Part shown: positions 43,964 through 53,424 of the stretch, in pieces
Position numbering within the stretch: position 1 is the first letter of the stretch
How the letters are laid out: every line of letters starts with the position of its first letter
NCBI GenBank assembly: GCA_028874175.1
Contig: JAPPLN010000010.1
Coordinates: forward strand, 6,827 to 70,826
Direction: 5' to 3'
DNA length: 64,000 bases
Origin: Chloroflexota bacterium
GTDB taxonomy: Bacteria; Chloroflexota; UBA11872
The notes under the pieces: generated by a model
What the model was told of the DNA's origin: nothing
The model's database searches: none
What the model saw: only the letters and a program-made list of their open reading frames with translations
Program-made: the position numbers and the translations under genes

Positions 43964-45277
43964 TTACCCGCGGCCGGAGCCGGGAGCCGGCCGCAGGCCG
44001 CGGTCCCGCAATCGAGCCACGAACTGATCGCCGCGGTCGAATTCGTTGCTGAAGAGGCCGAACGACGCGCAGGCCGGCGACAGCAGCACGGCGTCCCCCG
44101 GCCGGGCCAGCGCCAGGGCCTGATCCACGGCCTGGGCCATATCGGCTGCGGCTGCGATCCGGCAATCCCCCAGCAGCGGTCGTAGCCGGTCGGTTCCGCT
44201 TCCGGGCAACAACACCGCCCCGCGCAACCCGTCGGTCGCGCTGAGCCGCTTGGCCAGGGGCGCGAAGTCGAGTCGCTTGTCGGAACCGCCCGCAATCAAG
44301 ACCCACGGCCCCGGAACGGTTGCAAGCGCCGCTAGCGCGGCCTCGGGCGTGGTCGCCGTCGTGTCGTTATAGGCACGCACGCCGTCGATGGTTCCCACCA
44401 GTTCCTGGCGAGCCGGAACGCCGCCAAAGCCGCGCACGGCGCGTTCAATCGCCTCATCGTCCACCCCGGCCTGGCGGGCTGCTGCCGCCGCCAGGGCCAG
44501 GTTGGCGCGGTTGTGCCGACCCGAGAGCGGTGCGTCTCCCCAGCCCGGCGGCGCGTCCTTGAGGTCCGGGCGCACCACGGTCCCGCCCGCCCGCGCCGCG
44601 AACCAGTCCGCCCAGCCGCCCCCCTCCGGGATCACGGCCCAGTCGCCCGCCCTTTGATTGGCCACCAGTGACAGCTTGGCCTCGGCGTAGGCCCGCATGT
44701 CGTCATAGCGGTCCAGGTGGTCGGCCATCAGGTTGGTAACGATGGCGCCGCGCGTGCGCAGCCCCGTTCCGGCCAATCCCTCCAGTTGGGCGCTGGAGAG
44801 CTCCAGTACAACGGTCGATCCCGGCTCGATTTCCTGCAGCCGCGCCAGGGCCGATACGCGCATGTTGCCGGCCAGCAGTGCCTGCTCCCCGCCCGCCACG
44901 AGCATGGCGTGCAACGCCGTAGCGGTGGTCGTCTTGCCGCGCGTGCCGGTCACGCCGATCACGCGCGCCTGCCGGCACCAGCGCAGGAAGAGCGTGAACT
45001 CCATCTCGATGTAGGCCCCGGCGGCGCGGGCGGCGCGGAGGTACGGCGAGTCGTCCCGCACCGCCGGGTTGCGCACTACGATCTCGGCGTGTCGGAAGTC
45101 GTCGAGTTCGTGCCCGCCCAGCACATAGCGCACGCCGGCCGAACCCAGCGCAGCCACGCTGGACACCAACTGGGCTTCCGAGCGCAGGTCCGTGACCACC
45201 AGGTCGGCGCTGTGGTCGCGCATGAAGGCGGCCACGCCCAGGCCGCCGCTCTGCACGCCCAGTCCCATGACCACCAC
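43964..45277 (-). CDS. murD: UDP-N-acetylmuramoylalanine--D-glutamate ligase
   Basis: VMGLGVQSGG, P-loop GVTGTRGKTTT, IAGGSDKRLDF, FSNEFDRGDQF. Confidence 0.9.
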   Translation of the reverse strand: MVVMGLGVQSGGLGVAAFMRDHSADLVVTDLRSEAQLVSSVAALGSAGVRYVLGGHELDDFRHAEIVVRNPAVRDDSPYLRAARAAGAYIEMEFTLFLRWCRQARVIGVTGTRGKTTTATALHAMLVAGGEQALLAGNMRVSALARLQEIEPGSTVVLELSSAQLEGLAGTGLRTRGAIVTNLMADHLDRYDDMRAYAEAKLSLVANQRAGDWAVIPEGGGWADWFAARAGGTVVRPDLKDAPPGWGDAPLSGRHNRANLALAAAAARQAGVDDEAIERAVRGFGGVPARQELVGTIDGVRAYNDTTATTPEAALAALATVPGPWVLIAGGSDKRLDFAPLAKRLSATDGLRGAVLLPGSGTDRLRPLLGDCRIAAAADMAQAVDQALALARPGDAVLLSPACASFGLFSNEFDRGDQFVARLRDRGLRPAPGSGRG

Positions 45278-45338
45278 GCGCCGTCCGCGCAGAGCGCGGG
45301 GATCGTGCGCCCAGGCCGGCTCGGAGGCGTCGTTCAGG

Positions 45339-45367
45339 TTGACACCACCTGTTGATCGAGCGTTAAT
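45339..45367 (+). promoter_or_regulatory. Sigma-70-like promoter candidate
   Basis: TTGACA (45339-45344), 17 nt, GTTAAT (45362-45367). Confidence 0.25.
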
Positions 45368-45548
45368 CGCAGCGACAAACGGTTATGACAACTCGCGCAC
45401 GGAATATCAAGAGGTTTGCCCTCGCGGGCACGAAAGGCCGAACGATCTACGGACGCTTTGTTCGCGTTTTGAAGCGACAAATTATCCGGCCCCCAAGCAT
45501 TGCGGTTGACCGGCCGTCGGCCAATTCCGAACGCTATCAGATTCAGAG

Positions 45549-45576
45549 TTGACGAAATCGTACCGAGACTTACACT
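45549..45576 (+). promoter_or_regulatory. Sigma-70-like promoter candidate
   Basis: TTGACG (45549-45554), 16 nt, TACACT (45571-45576). Confidence 0.3.
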
Positions 45577-45678
45577 GGCCACAGTGCGGGAACGGTTCGG
45601 ACGTTGCTGCATAACGGGTTCAGGGAGGACGGTTTGATCGTGAGGCGTTGCCACCGTCGTCGCGATTAACTGAGACAT

Positions 45679-45710
45679 ACGCTCGCCCCTCGGGGCGAGC
45701 GTTGTTGTGT
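45679..45710 (+). terminator. Terminator/attenuator-like hairpin in the leader of the 45774 gene
   Basis: ACGCTCGCCC-CTCG-GGGCGAGCGT: perfect 10-bp stem (45679-45702), followed by TGTTGTGT. Confidence 0.45.
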
Positions 45711-45773
45711 CAAGGGGCCGAACCGTCTGCCTGGCGCTACGCAGGGATCACATGCACGGCGGGGAGGCACGGC

Positions 45774-46184
45774 ATGGCATCGGACTGCTCAACGTTTCAT
45801 TCGGCGCTTTCCTGGTACTCAGGCCGACTCACGGAAAACCGGCGGTTCCCGCCCGGAGAAGTCAAACGCCACCTGAAGTGGCTGCGCGAATTCGGCGAGT
45901 CGTTCCCCCAGCGCATGGACCCCACCAACATCGGACAGCGCGAGGTCGTGCTCTATTTCGCCGAGCACTGCGACGACTTCGGCGACCCGGTGGAGTGGTA
46001 TTACCGCTATAAGGCGATCGAAACGTTCTATGAAGACATGAGTTCCGAGTTGGATCTGCCCAACAATCAGATCAAAGGCTTATACGACGAGTCCGACCTC
46101 GATCCCGAACTGCTCGAACGGATTCCCGACCGTCCGCGCATGGCCCCTGTTGACTGGTCGCGCGACGACCGCCACATGTACTAG
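45774..46184 (+). CDS. Hypothetical acidic protein (136 aa), family not recognised
   Basis: ATG 45774 with GGGGAGG 6 nt upstream, inside ORF 45648..46184. Lies in an AT-richer stretch. The sequence is protein-like (VKRHLKWLREFGESF...VEWYYRYKAIETFYEDMSSELDL). Confidence 0.55.
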   Translation: MASDCSTFHSALSWYSGRLTENRRFPPGEVKRHLKWLREFGESFPQRMDPTNIGQREVVLYFAEHCDDFGDPVEWYYRYKAIETFYEDMSSELDLPNNQIKGLYDESDLDPELLERIPDRPRMAPVDWSRDDRHMY

Positions 46185-46269
46185 CCCGTGGCGCCGGGCC
46201 CTGCGCCTGGCGTCCAATACCGCGGGGCCGCGCTACCATCCGGCCACGCCGCGCCGCTGAGTCTCACCC

Positions 46270-47091
46270 GTGACGGTTTCCGAGTTCCGCGCGTGCAAGG
46301 GCGTCGGCGACCCACTGGTCTGCGTGACGGCCTACGACGCCCCCTTCGCCCGGCTGGCCGAACGCGCTGGCGTGGACGCCCTGCTGGTTGGCGACAGCGT
46401 GGGCCGCACCGTGCTCGGGTACGAGAACGAATTGCCCGTGCGTGTGGACGACATCATCCACCACGCCGCCGCCGTGACCCGGGCGGTCACGTCCACGCTG
46501 GTCATCGCGGACCTGCCATACATGTCCTACCCCACGCGCGATACCGCCCTGCGCAATGCCGCCCGGCTGCTACAGGCGGGTGGGGCCACCGCCGTCAAGC
46601 TGGAGGGCGGCCGGGAAACCGCCGAAGTCACCGAAGCGCTCACCAGCCGCGGATTCCCCGTGATGGCGCACGTGGGCCTGACGCCGCAGTCGGCCCACGC
46701 GCTGGGCGGATACCGGGTGCAGGGTGTCAGGCTGTCCGCGGCCCAGGCCATCGTGGATGGCGCGCGCGCCCAGGCCGACGCCGGCGCATTCGCGATCGTG
46801 CTGGAACTCCTCCCCGCCGGGCTGGCCCGGGCGATCACCGGGCACCTGGACATTCCGACCATCGGGATCGGCGCCGGCCCGCATTGCGACGGCCAGATTC
46901 AAGTGCTCCACGACCTGTTCGGCTTCGCCGAGACCACCCACCGGCACACGCGCGTCTTCGCCGATGTTGCCGGGCTGGCCAAATCCGCGTTAGCCGACTA
47001 CGCCCGCGACGTACGCCGCGGCGCGTTCCCCGCGCCGGAACAGAACTTCAAGGGCAATCGCGGCGTGCTGGACCGCCTGAAGTTCGACTGA
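46270..47091 (+). CDS. panB: 3-methyl-2-oxobutanoate hydroxymethyltransferase
   Basis: LVCVTAYDAPFARL, LLVGDSVG, GATAVKLEGG, MAHVGLTPQS, IGIGAG. Confidence 0.95.
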   Translation: MTVSEFRACKGVGDPLVCVTAYDAPFARLAERAGVDALLVGDSVGRTVLGYENELPVRVDDIIHHAAAVTRAVTSTLVIADLPYMSYPTRDTALRNAARLLQAGGATAVKLEGGRETAEVTEALTSRGFPVMAHVGLTPQSAHALGGYRVQGVRLSAAQAIVDGARAQADAGAFAIVLELLPAGLARAITGHLDIPTIGIGAGPHCDGQIQVLHDLFGFAETTHRHTRVFADVAGLAKSALADYARDVRRGAFPAPEQNFKGNRGVLDRLKFD

Positions 47092-47092
47092 T

Positions 47093-48766
47093 CTAGTCGT
47101 CGACGCGGCCGTGCCGCGGCTCGTCAATGAAGAAGCCGTGCTTCTTGGCCACGCGCTCGCGGTAGTACTCGTTCCAGCGATGGAACGAGGGTGTGTCGCC
47201 AACCACCGCTTCGGACGTGATCAGCATGGCCGCGGCGCTGCCGGCGTTGCGTAGGGCCGAGCGCGTCACCTTGAGCGGATCGATGACGCCGATCGCCACC
47301 AGGTCCTCGTATTCGCCGGTGGCGGCGTTGAAGCCCATGTGCCCATCCAGCTGCAGGACTTCGTCGACCGCCACAGCCCCGTCGTAGCCGGCGTTATCGG
47401 CAATCACTTCCAGCGGCACGCGCAACGCGTCGCGCACAAGCGCGCGGCCAATGGCCTGGTCGGGCGATAGCGACGGGTCGTCCTTGATCGCTTCCGAGGC
47501 GCGGGCGAGCGCCGTGCCGCCGCCGGGCACGATGCCCTCCTCCAGGCCGGCGCGGGTCGCCGAGATGGCGTCTTCGATCCGATGCTTCAACTCGAACTGC
47601 TCCACCTTGCTGGCGGCGCCGACCCAGATCTCCGCGAAAGACCCGGTCAGATTGTTCGCGCGCTCCTGGTGCTTCTCACGGTCGAAGTGGTTCTTCATCC
47701 GTCCGTGCTGCATCCAGATGTATTCCACCCGCTCGCGGATGGCCATGGGGTCGCCGTGACCCTTCACAAAGAACGTCTGCTCCTTGGTACAGCGCACGCG
47801 CTCGGCCTTGCCCAATACGTCCAGGCCAATCGCCCGCCAGGGCTCGCCGGTCTCGTGCCCGACCAGCGTCCCGCCGGTAAAGATCGCCAAGTCTTCCAGC
47901 ATCCAGCGCTGCCGCTGCCCGAACACCGGCGCATTGACGCAGATGACTTCCAGATTGCCGGCCTGCTTGTTGGTCGCCAGCATCGTCACCACTTCGCCAA
48001 TGAGCTTGTTGGCCACGATCACCAGCTTCTTGCGCCCGCTGGCCGCGTATTGCTCCAGGAATGGCAGGAAGTCGCGCAGGTGCTCGACTTCACGGTCGGT
48101 GATGAGAATGTCCGGCTCGTCAATCACCGCCTCGGTTTCGGCCTTGTCGGTGGCGAAGTGCGACGACAGGTAACCCGTATCGAAGCGCATGCCGTCCACG
48201 TACGTGACTTCGGTCTTGAGTCCCTTGCCGTCGTCCACCGTGATCGCGCCCTCGACACCCTGGCGCTCGAACACGTCGGCAATCAGCTCCCCAACAAACG
48301 GGTCATTGGCGGACATGCCGGCCATCGAGGCGACTTCCTGGCGCGACTCGGCCCGCACGGCCTGCTGATAGAGCGCGGACTCGGCCTCGGCCAGCGCCGG
48401 GTCCATGCCGCGCCGGATCATCATCGGATTGGCGCCGGCCACGATGGCCCTGAACGCCTCGCTGTACATGGCCTGCGTCAGCACCGCCGCCGTGGTCGTG
48501 CCGTCGCCGGCCACGGTGTTGGTCTGGCGACAGGCCTCATAGACGATTTGCCCGCCGGTGTGGAGGAAGGTGTTTTCGACTTTGATGTCCCGCGCCACGG
48601 TCACGCCGTCGTTGGTCACCGTGGGCGGACCGAGGCTGGGCTTATAGGCAACGTTGCGACCCTTCGGTCCCATGGTCACCTTGACGGCGTTGGCCACCAG
48701 ATCCACGCCCTCGCGCAGGGCGAGCCGGGCTTCGAGGTCGAACACGACAGCGCGATCCATTACCAC
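47093..48766 (-). CDS. groEL: Divergent Cpn60/GroEL-family chaperonin paralogue, no adjacent GroES
   Basis: GTG start. VKVTMGPKGRNV, AGDGTTTAAVL, VPGGGTAL, VIDPLKVTRSALRNAGSAA. The C-terminus is PSFHRWNEYYRERVAKKHGFFIDEPRHGRVDD instead of a GGM tail. Confidence 0.9.
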   Translation of the reverse strand: MVMDRAVVFDLEARLALREGVDLVANAVKVTMGPKGRNVAYKPSLGPPTVTNDGVTVARDIKVENTFLHTGGQIVYEACRQTNTVAGDGTTTAAVLTQAMYSEAFRAIVAGANPMMIRRGMDPALAEAESALYQQAVRAESRQEVASMAGMSANDPFVGELIADVFERQGVEGAITVDDGKGLKTEVTYVDGMRFDTGYLSSHFATDKAETEAVIDEPDILITDREVEHLRDFLPFLEQYAASGRKKLVIVANKLIGEVVTMLATNKQAGNLEVICVNAPVFGQRQRWMLEDLAIFTGGTLVGHETGEPWRAIGLDVLGKAERVRCTKEQTFFVKGHGDPMAIRERVEYIWMQHGRMKNHFDREKHQERANNLTGSFAEIWVGAASKVEQFELKHRIEDAISATRAGLEEGIVPGGGTALARASEAIKDDPSLSPDQAIGRALVRDALRVPLEVIADNAGYDGAVAVDEVLQLDGHMGFNAATGEYEDLVAIGVIDPLKVTRSALRNAGSAAAMLITSEAVVGDTPSFHRWNEYYRERVAKKHGFFIDEPRHGRVDD

Positions 48767-49075
48767 GCGAAGCCTCCTCGGTCGGGTTTAGGGGACAGTC
48801 GAAAAGGCGCGGCTCAACAGGCCGCGCGGGTTAATCATTGTCCGCTACACGCCGCCGTCCGACAAGGACTCCCTTTACGTGGCCGTGGGCCGCGTTGAAC
48901 CCTTCGGCGCCAAGCGTCGGCAGCCCCAACGACATCGCCGGTCCGTACGGAGGGCGCTGGGGGCGTGAGCCTGACAGTGCTCGCCGCGTCTCCCGGATTT
49001 CACCGGCGGCTAGAATCGGAGCGGGGCGGCGGCCGGGTTTGGGACCCCGCCTCGTTCCTGAAACAGGGTCTGCCT

Positions 49076-50407
49076 ATGCGCCGACGCATCGTCACTGTTG
49101 CCGTCGTTGCTCTGGCGTGCCTGACCGGGTGGCTCGTCTTGACGCCGGCCGCGGCCGACAGTCCGACCGTGCTGGTGTTGGACATCCACGGCCCCATCAG
49201 GCAGTTGACGGCCGACCGCATCGCCCGGGGGCTGGACACGGCGCATGCGGATGACGTCGAGCTGGTCGTCATCCGCCTGAACTCGCCCGGCGGGCTGTTC
49301 GACCCCACGCGCTTGATCGTGCAAGACCTGCTGGACTCCGAGGTCCCGGTCGCCGCATATGTCACGCCTGCCGGCGCGTACGCCGGATCCGCTGGGACCT
49401 TCATTGTGGCGGCAGCCAATTTCGCGGTCATGGCGCCGGCCGCGAACCTCGGCGCGGTCTCGCCGCTTGAGGCCGCCGGCGACAAAGTTCCAGGATCCCA
49501 GGCGCACAAAGTCAGCCAGGACATGCGCGCGTTCATTCGCGGCATCGCCGAGGTGCGGGGACGCAACGCCGACGCTCTGGAAGACACCGTGTGGAATGCA
49601 ACCGCGTATTCGGCGCACGACGCCCAACGCGTCGGCGTCATTGACCTGGTCGCCTCCGACCTGCCCGCCCTGCTCGATCAGCTCCACGGGCGGCAGACGA
49701 CGACCGCATCGGGCTCGATCACCGTGGCGTCCAGCGACGCGACCGTGCGCTACCTGGGTCCCACGATCCTGGAACACCTCATCGGGATTCTCACGATGCC
49801 CGAGGTCGTGTTCGTTCTGTTCGTGACCGCCTGCCTCGCGCTCCTCGTGGAGGTGTTGTTTCCCGGCTTAATCATTCCGAGCCTCCTGGGTGTGGTCGCG
49901 CTGGCCCTGGCAGTCCTTGGATTCCTGAACCTGCCGGGCAGCTGGCTGGGGGTCGTGTTCATCGTCTTTGCCGCCGCACTGTTTTATGGGGAGACCACGG
50001 TGCCGGGCTATGGGTTTTTTGGCGCTGGCGGCGTCCTGTTTCTGGTGCTTGGCGGGATCTTTCTGTTCGGAGACTTCTTCCGCCCGTCGGATCTGCCGGA
50101 ACCCAGCTTCATGGTGAATCCGTTTGTGATCGCCGTTATGGGCGGAATCGCGCTGGGCATCTGGGTGTTGTTCGTTCGCCTCGCTCGCGCGGGTGGCGGG
50201 GAGGCAGTCGGCTTTCAGACTGCGGCCGAGGCGGCGCTGGTGGGACAGAAGGGTGTCACGCTATCCGACCTGCGGCCGTCGGGACGCGTCCGCATCGGCG
50301 ACAAGGACTGGGTCGCGACGGCCGATCCAGGCGTATCGATCGACCGCGGCGAACAGGTCAGGGTCAGAGCGGTCTACGGCGAAGTGCTCAAGGTCGAACG
50401 AGCCTGA
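49076..50407 (+). CDS. NfeD-family membrane-bound ClpP-class serine protease
   Basis: ATG 49076 (signal peptide MRRRIVTVAVVALACL) inside ORF 48965..50407. IRLNSPGG, AGSAGTFI, central TM helices, C-terminal OB-fold (VRIGDKDWVATAD...VRVRAVYGEVLKVE). Confidence 0.85.
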   Translation: MRRRIVTVAVVALACLTGWLVLTPAAADSPTVLVLDIHGPIRQLTADRIARGLDTAHADDVELVVIRLNSPGGLFDPTRLIVQDLLDSEVPVAAYVTPAGAYAGSAGTFIVAAANFAVMAPAANLGAVSPLEAAGDKVPGSQAHKVSQDMRAFIRGIAEVRGRNADALEDTVWNATAYSAHDAQRVGVIDLVASDLPALLDQLHGRQTTTASGSITVASSDATVRYLGPTILEHLIGILTMPEVVFVLFVTACLALLVEVLFPGLIIPSLLGVVALALAVLGFLNLPGSWLGVVFIVFAAALFYGETTVPGYGFFGAGGVLFLVLGGIFLFGDFFRPSDLPEPSFMVNPFVIAVMGGIALGIWVLFVRLARAGGGEAVGFQTAAEAALVGQKGVTLSDLRPSGRVRIGDKDWVATADPGVSIDRGEQVRVRAVYGEVLKVERA

Positions 50408-50467
50408 GCGCCGACGCGGCATCCCTCGGAACGCGACTTGGACGGCCGAGCATCCAAACCCGGCCGC

Positions 50468-51211
50468 TTAGGTGTCGCAGGGAGGAAACTCGTCCATGAG
50501 CTGGCGCTCTTCGGCCGAAAGCGCGCGGCCCTCCAGCAAATCCGGACGCCGACGCTCGGTGCGGTGCAGCGCCTGCGCGCGACGCCAGCGTTCGATTCGC
50601 TCGTGGTGTCCGCTGAGCAGCACGGAAGGCACGCGCCGATCCCGGAACTCTTCGGGGCGCGTGAATTGCGGGTGGGAGAGCCGTTCGTCGGCGTGCGACT
50701 CGCCAACCAGCGAGCCGGCGTCGCCCACCACCCCCGGCACCAGCCGGGCCGCCGCGTCGATCACCACCATGGCGGCCACTTCGCCCCCGCTCAGCACGTA
50801 GTCGCCCACGCTGATCTCCTCATCGACCACCAGCGTCCGCACCCGCTCGTCCACGCCCTCGTAGCGGCCGCAAATCAGGATCAGGTGCGGCCGCGCCGCC
50901 AGAGCCGCGACCCGCGGCTGCGTCAGCGGCCGCCCGTGCGGGGTCAGCAGGCCAACCCAGCCGTCCGCCCCCCGCAAATCCTCCACCGCCGCGATGATCG
51001 GTTCGGGCTTCAGCACCATCCCCAGACCGCCGCCGTAGGCGTAGTCGTCCGTGACTCGATGCGGCGGGTCGGCCCAGTCGCGCAGGTTGTGCGCCCGTAC
51101 CTCGACGGTTCCAGCCGCCCGCGCCTTGCCCAGCAGGCTGACCTCCAGGAAGCCCTCGAAGCTCTCGGGAAACGTCGTGATCACATCCACCCGCCAGGCC
51201 GGAGTCGTCAC
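50468..51211 (-). CDS. trmD: tRNA (guanine37-N1)-methyltransferase
   Basis: [43 protein letters not shown]. Confidence 0.95.
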   Translation of the reverse strand: MTTPAWRVDVITTFPESFEGFLEVSLLGKARAAGTVEVRAHNLRDWADPPHRVTDDYAYGGGLGMVLKPEPIIAAVEDLRGADGWVGLLTPHGRPLTQPRVAALAARPHLILICGRYEGVDERVRTLVVDEEISVGDYVLSGGEVAAMVVIDAAARLVPGVVGDAGSLVGESHADERLSHPQFTRPEEFRDRRVPSVLLSGHHERIERWRRAQALHRTERRRPDLLEGRALSAEERQLMDEFPPCDT

Positions 51212-51675
51212 CGCAGCCCCTCGATCAAGTCGATCGTCAGCACCCGGCGTTCCGGATCGAACGCCTGCACCACATCGGGGATGGCCGGCACCAGCACTTC
51301 GCCGTCGGGACCTCGCACCAGGTACACGTCGTTGCTGCCGGTGGACATCACCTCGCGCAGAGTTCCGATCGGCTCGCCGGAACTTGTCACGACGCGCACG
51401 CCGATCAACTCCACGCCGTAGTAGCTGCCATCCGGCAGGGGCACCGCCTCGTCCAGCGGAACCGCGATCTCGGCGCCACGCAGATCACGGGCCTCCTCGC
51501 GGGTATGCACGCCCTGGAGCTCGAGACGCGGCTTGACGCCGGGGTGGAAAGCCTTGATCTCGGTGTCGTCCCGATTCGGGCCGACATACACACGGCGGCC
51601 TGCCTCGAGATTGGCCAGGACATCGGTTTCCAGCCGGACTCGCACCGCGCCGCGGACACCGAACGCCCCCAGCAC
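51208..51675 (-). CDS. rimM: 16S rRNA processing protein RimM
   Basis: GTG start. [11 protein letters not shown]..., PRC-barrel end [12 protein letters not shown]...NDVYLV. 4-nt overlap with trmD. Confidence 0.9.
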   Translation of the reverse strand: MLGAFGVRGAVRVRLETDVLANLEAGRRVYVGPNRDDTEIKAFHPGVKPRLELQGVHTREEARDLRGAEIAVPLDEAVPLPDGSYYGVELIGVRVVTSSGEPIGTLREVMSTGSNDVYLVRGPDGEVLVPAIPDVVQAFDPERRVLTIDLIEGLR

Positions 51676-51707
51676 GGTGGCGAGGACAATCTCCGTGGGC
51701 GCTTCCG

Positions 51708-51944
51708 TCAGTGGCTCTCCTGGATGTCCAGCGCCAGCCGCCGGTCGCCGCCGATCGGCGCGGCGTGCATCACCGCGCGAACGGCCCGGGCAACCCGCCC
51801 CTGCCGTCCAATCACCCGGCCCATGTCCGTGGGGTGCACGTACAGCTTGTAGATGCTCAGATGGTTGCGCTGGACCCGGTTTACACGCACCGCGTCAGGC
51901 TCCGTCACCAGGTTGCGGGCGATGAACTCGACCAGTTCGTCCAT
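51708..51944 (-). CDS. KH-domain RNA-binding protein (YlqC/UPF0109)
   Basis: DMGRVIGRQGRVARAVRAV (GxxG KH motif); 78 aa between rpsP and rimM. Confidence 0.85.
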   Translation of the reverse strand: MDELVEFIARNLVTEPDAVRVNRVQRNHLSIYKLYVHPTDMGRVIGRQGRVARAVRAVMHAAPIGGDRRLALDIQESH

Positions 51945-51953
51945 GCGACGATG

Positions 51954-52229
51954 CTAGGCGCTGGGCCCGGCGGCCGCGGCGGGCGGCTGCGGCATGTTCT
52001 TGGCAATCTCCAGCAGCTTCCGCACCCGGTCGGTCGGCTGCGCGCCCTTGCGGATCCAATCCTCGGTCGCGGCCACGTCCAGCCGGATCGTGGACGGGTC
52101 GGTCAGTGGGTCGTAATAGCCCAGCTCGGCGATGCGCCGGCCGTCGCGCGCCCAGCGCGCCTCGGCCACCACCACCCGGTAGCTGGGACGCTTCTTGCGC
52201 CCGGTGCGGGTCAGACGAATTTTCAGCAT
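51954..52229 (-). CDS. rpsP: 30S ribosomal protein S16
   Basis: ATG 52229 inside ORF 51954..52376. [41 protein letters not shown]. Confidence 0.95.
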   Translation of the reverse strand: MLKIRLTRTGRKKRPSYRVVVAEARWARDGRRIAELGYYDPLTDPSTIRLDVAATEDWIRKGAQPTDRVRKLLEIAKNMPQPPAAAAGPSA

Positions 52230-52374
52230 GTGGAAGAAACTCCGGTGCAGTCGATGGGAGAAGCCGGCGGCGGGCCTCAAGCCCTCGAAGCACACCGGCC
52301 CCCGATCATACCCACGCCACCCGCCCCTGTCACCGGCGGCTAGACTTCCAAGTCCGCCTTCGAGGCTTGCGCGC

Positions 52375-53424
52375 ATGGCCGTTCGGGTTGGGGTGATCGG
52401 AGCCGGGGCCTATGCCCAACGCGCCCACCTGCCGCCGCTCCAGGAGCATCCCGACGCGGAAATTGCCGCCCTTTGCCGCCGCAATCCCGTCCGCCTGGCC
52501 GAAGCCGCCGACGCGTTTGACGTAGCCACCCGCTACACCGACTACACGGACCTGCTGGCCGACGACTCGCTGGACGCGGTCACGATTTCGCTGCCGCACA
52601 ACCTCCACTACCAGGCAACCCGCGCGGCGCTCGATCGCGGCCGGCACGTGCTGGTCGACAAACCGCTCACGCTGCGTCGAGATCACGCGCAAGAGCTCGT
52701 GACGCTGGCCGAGCGCCGCGGCCTGACGCTGATGGTCGCGTTCAACCGCCACTACGAACCGCCCTTCACCAAGGCACACCAGCTCCTGGCCGGCGGCGCC
52801 ATCGGTGAGCTTCGCCTCATCCAGGCCTACATGGCCTACGACTGGGATCTGTGGATGCAGCCGTCCGATCACAGGTTCACCGGCGCGGGCGCTGCCATGC
52901 TGGATGGTGTGTCTGAAACCCAGGCCACGCTGCTGCACGAGACCAGCTTTCGGGGTGACGCCGCGGCCAATGGCGGCGGATTTTTCGCCGATGGCGGCGC
53001 GCATGTCCTGGAGGCCTGCCTCTGGCTGGCGGACTCGCCGGCGTCCACGGTCTTCGCGCTGATGGACTCCCCGCAGGCCGACCTGTACACCGCCCTCAAT
53101 CTGCGGCTGGAGTCGGGCGTTCTGTGCAGCCTGGCCTGCGTGGGCGACACCCCGACGCCGCGCGACTTCGGTTTCCACCTCTACGGGACGACCGGCACCA
53201 TCCACATGCGCTGGGGCCACCTGACCCTGGAACGCGAACTGCGCGACGCCGAGACCTTCGACAACACGTCCATGCCCTTCATGGGCAGCGCCCCGGGCAA
53301 TTTCATCGACGTCATCCTGGGGCGCGACGAGCCAAGAGCAACAGCCCTCGACGGCCTGCACCAGGTCGCCGCCATGGAAGCCGCCTACCGCTCGGCACGC
53401 ACGGGCGCACCCGAGCGCGCCTAG
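52375..53424 (+). CDS. Gfo/Idh/MocA-family NAD(P)-dependent oxidoreductase
   Basis: ATG 52375 inside ORF 52195..53424. [26 protein letters not shown]. Confidence 0.85.
   Translation: MAVRVGVIGAGAYAQRAHLPPLQEHPDAEIAALCRRNPVRLAEAADAFDVATRYTDYTDLLADDSLDAVTISLPHNLHYQATRAALDRGRHVLVDKPLTLRRDHAQELVTLAERRGLTLMVAFNRHYEPPFTKAHQLLAGGAIGELRLIQAYMAYDWDLWMQPSDHRFTGAGAAMLDGVSETQATLLHETSFRGDAAANGGGFFADGGAHVLEACLWLADSPASTVFALMDSPQADLYTALNLRLESGVLCSLACVGDTPTPRDFGFHLYGTTGTIHMRWGHLTLERELRDAETFDNTSMPFMGSAPGNFIDVILGRDEPRATALDGLHQVAAMEAAYRSARTGAPERA

Noticed and set aside
45334-45678. 114-aa minus ORF containing a C-A-S-C-H (haem c-like) motif
   Set aside because: There is no signal peptide, so a c-type cytochrome is implausible. 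The 10-bp hairpin abuts its ATG, leaving no room for an RBS, and the rest of the sequence is not family-like. The region is more likely a leader or non-coding. Left unannotated.
46188-47096. 302-aa Arg/Pro/Gly-rich plus ORF
   Set aside because: Out-of-frame overlap of panB, whose frame (46270..47091) has all family motifs.
47093-48766. Calling this the housekeeping groEL
   Set aside because: There is no groES upstream, no GGM tail, and the apical-domain and hinge motifs are diverged. It is treated as a paralogue pending a genome-wide check.
47582-48898. 438-aa plus ORF
   Set aside because: Antisense shadow of the GroEL-like gene.
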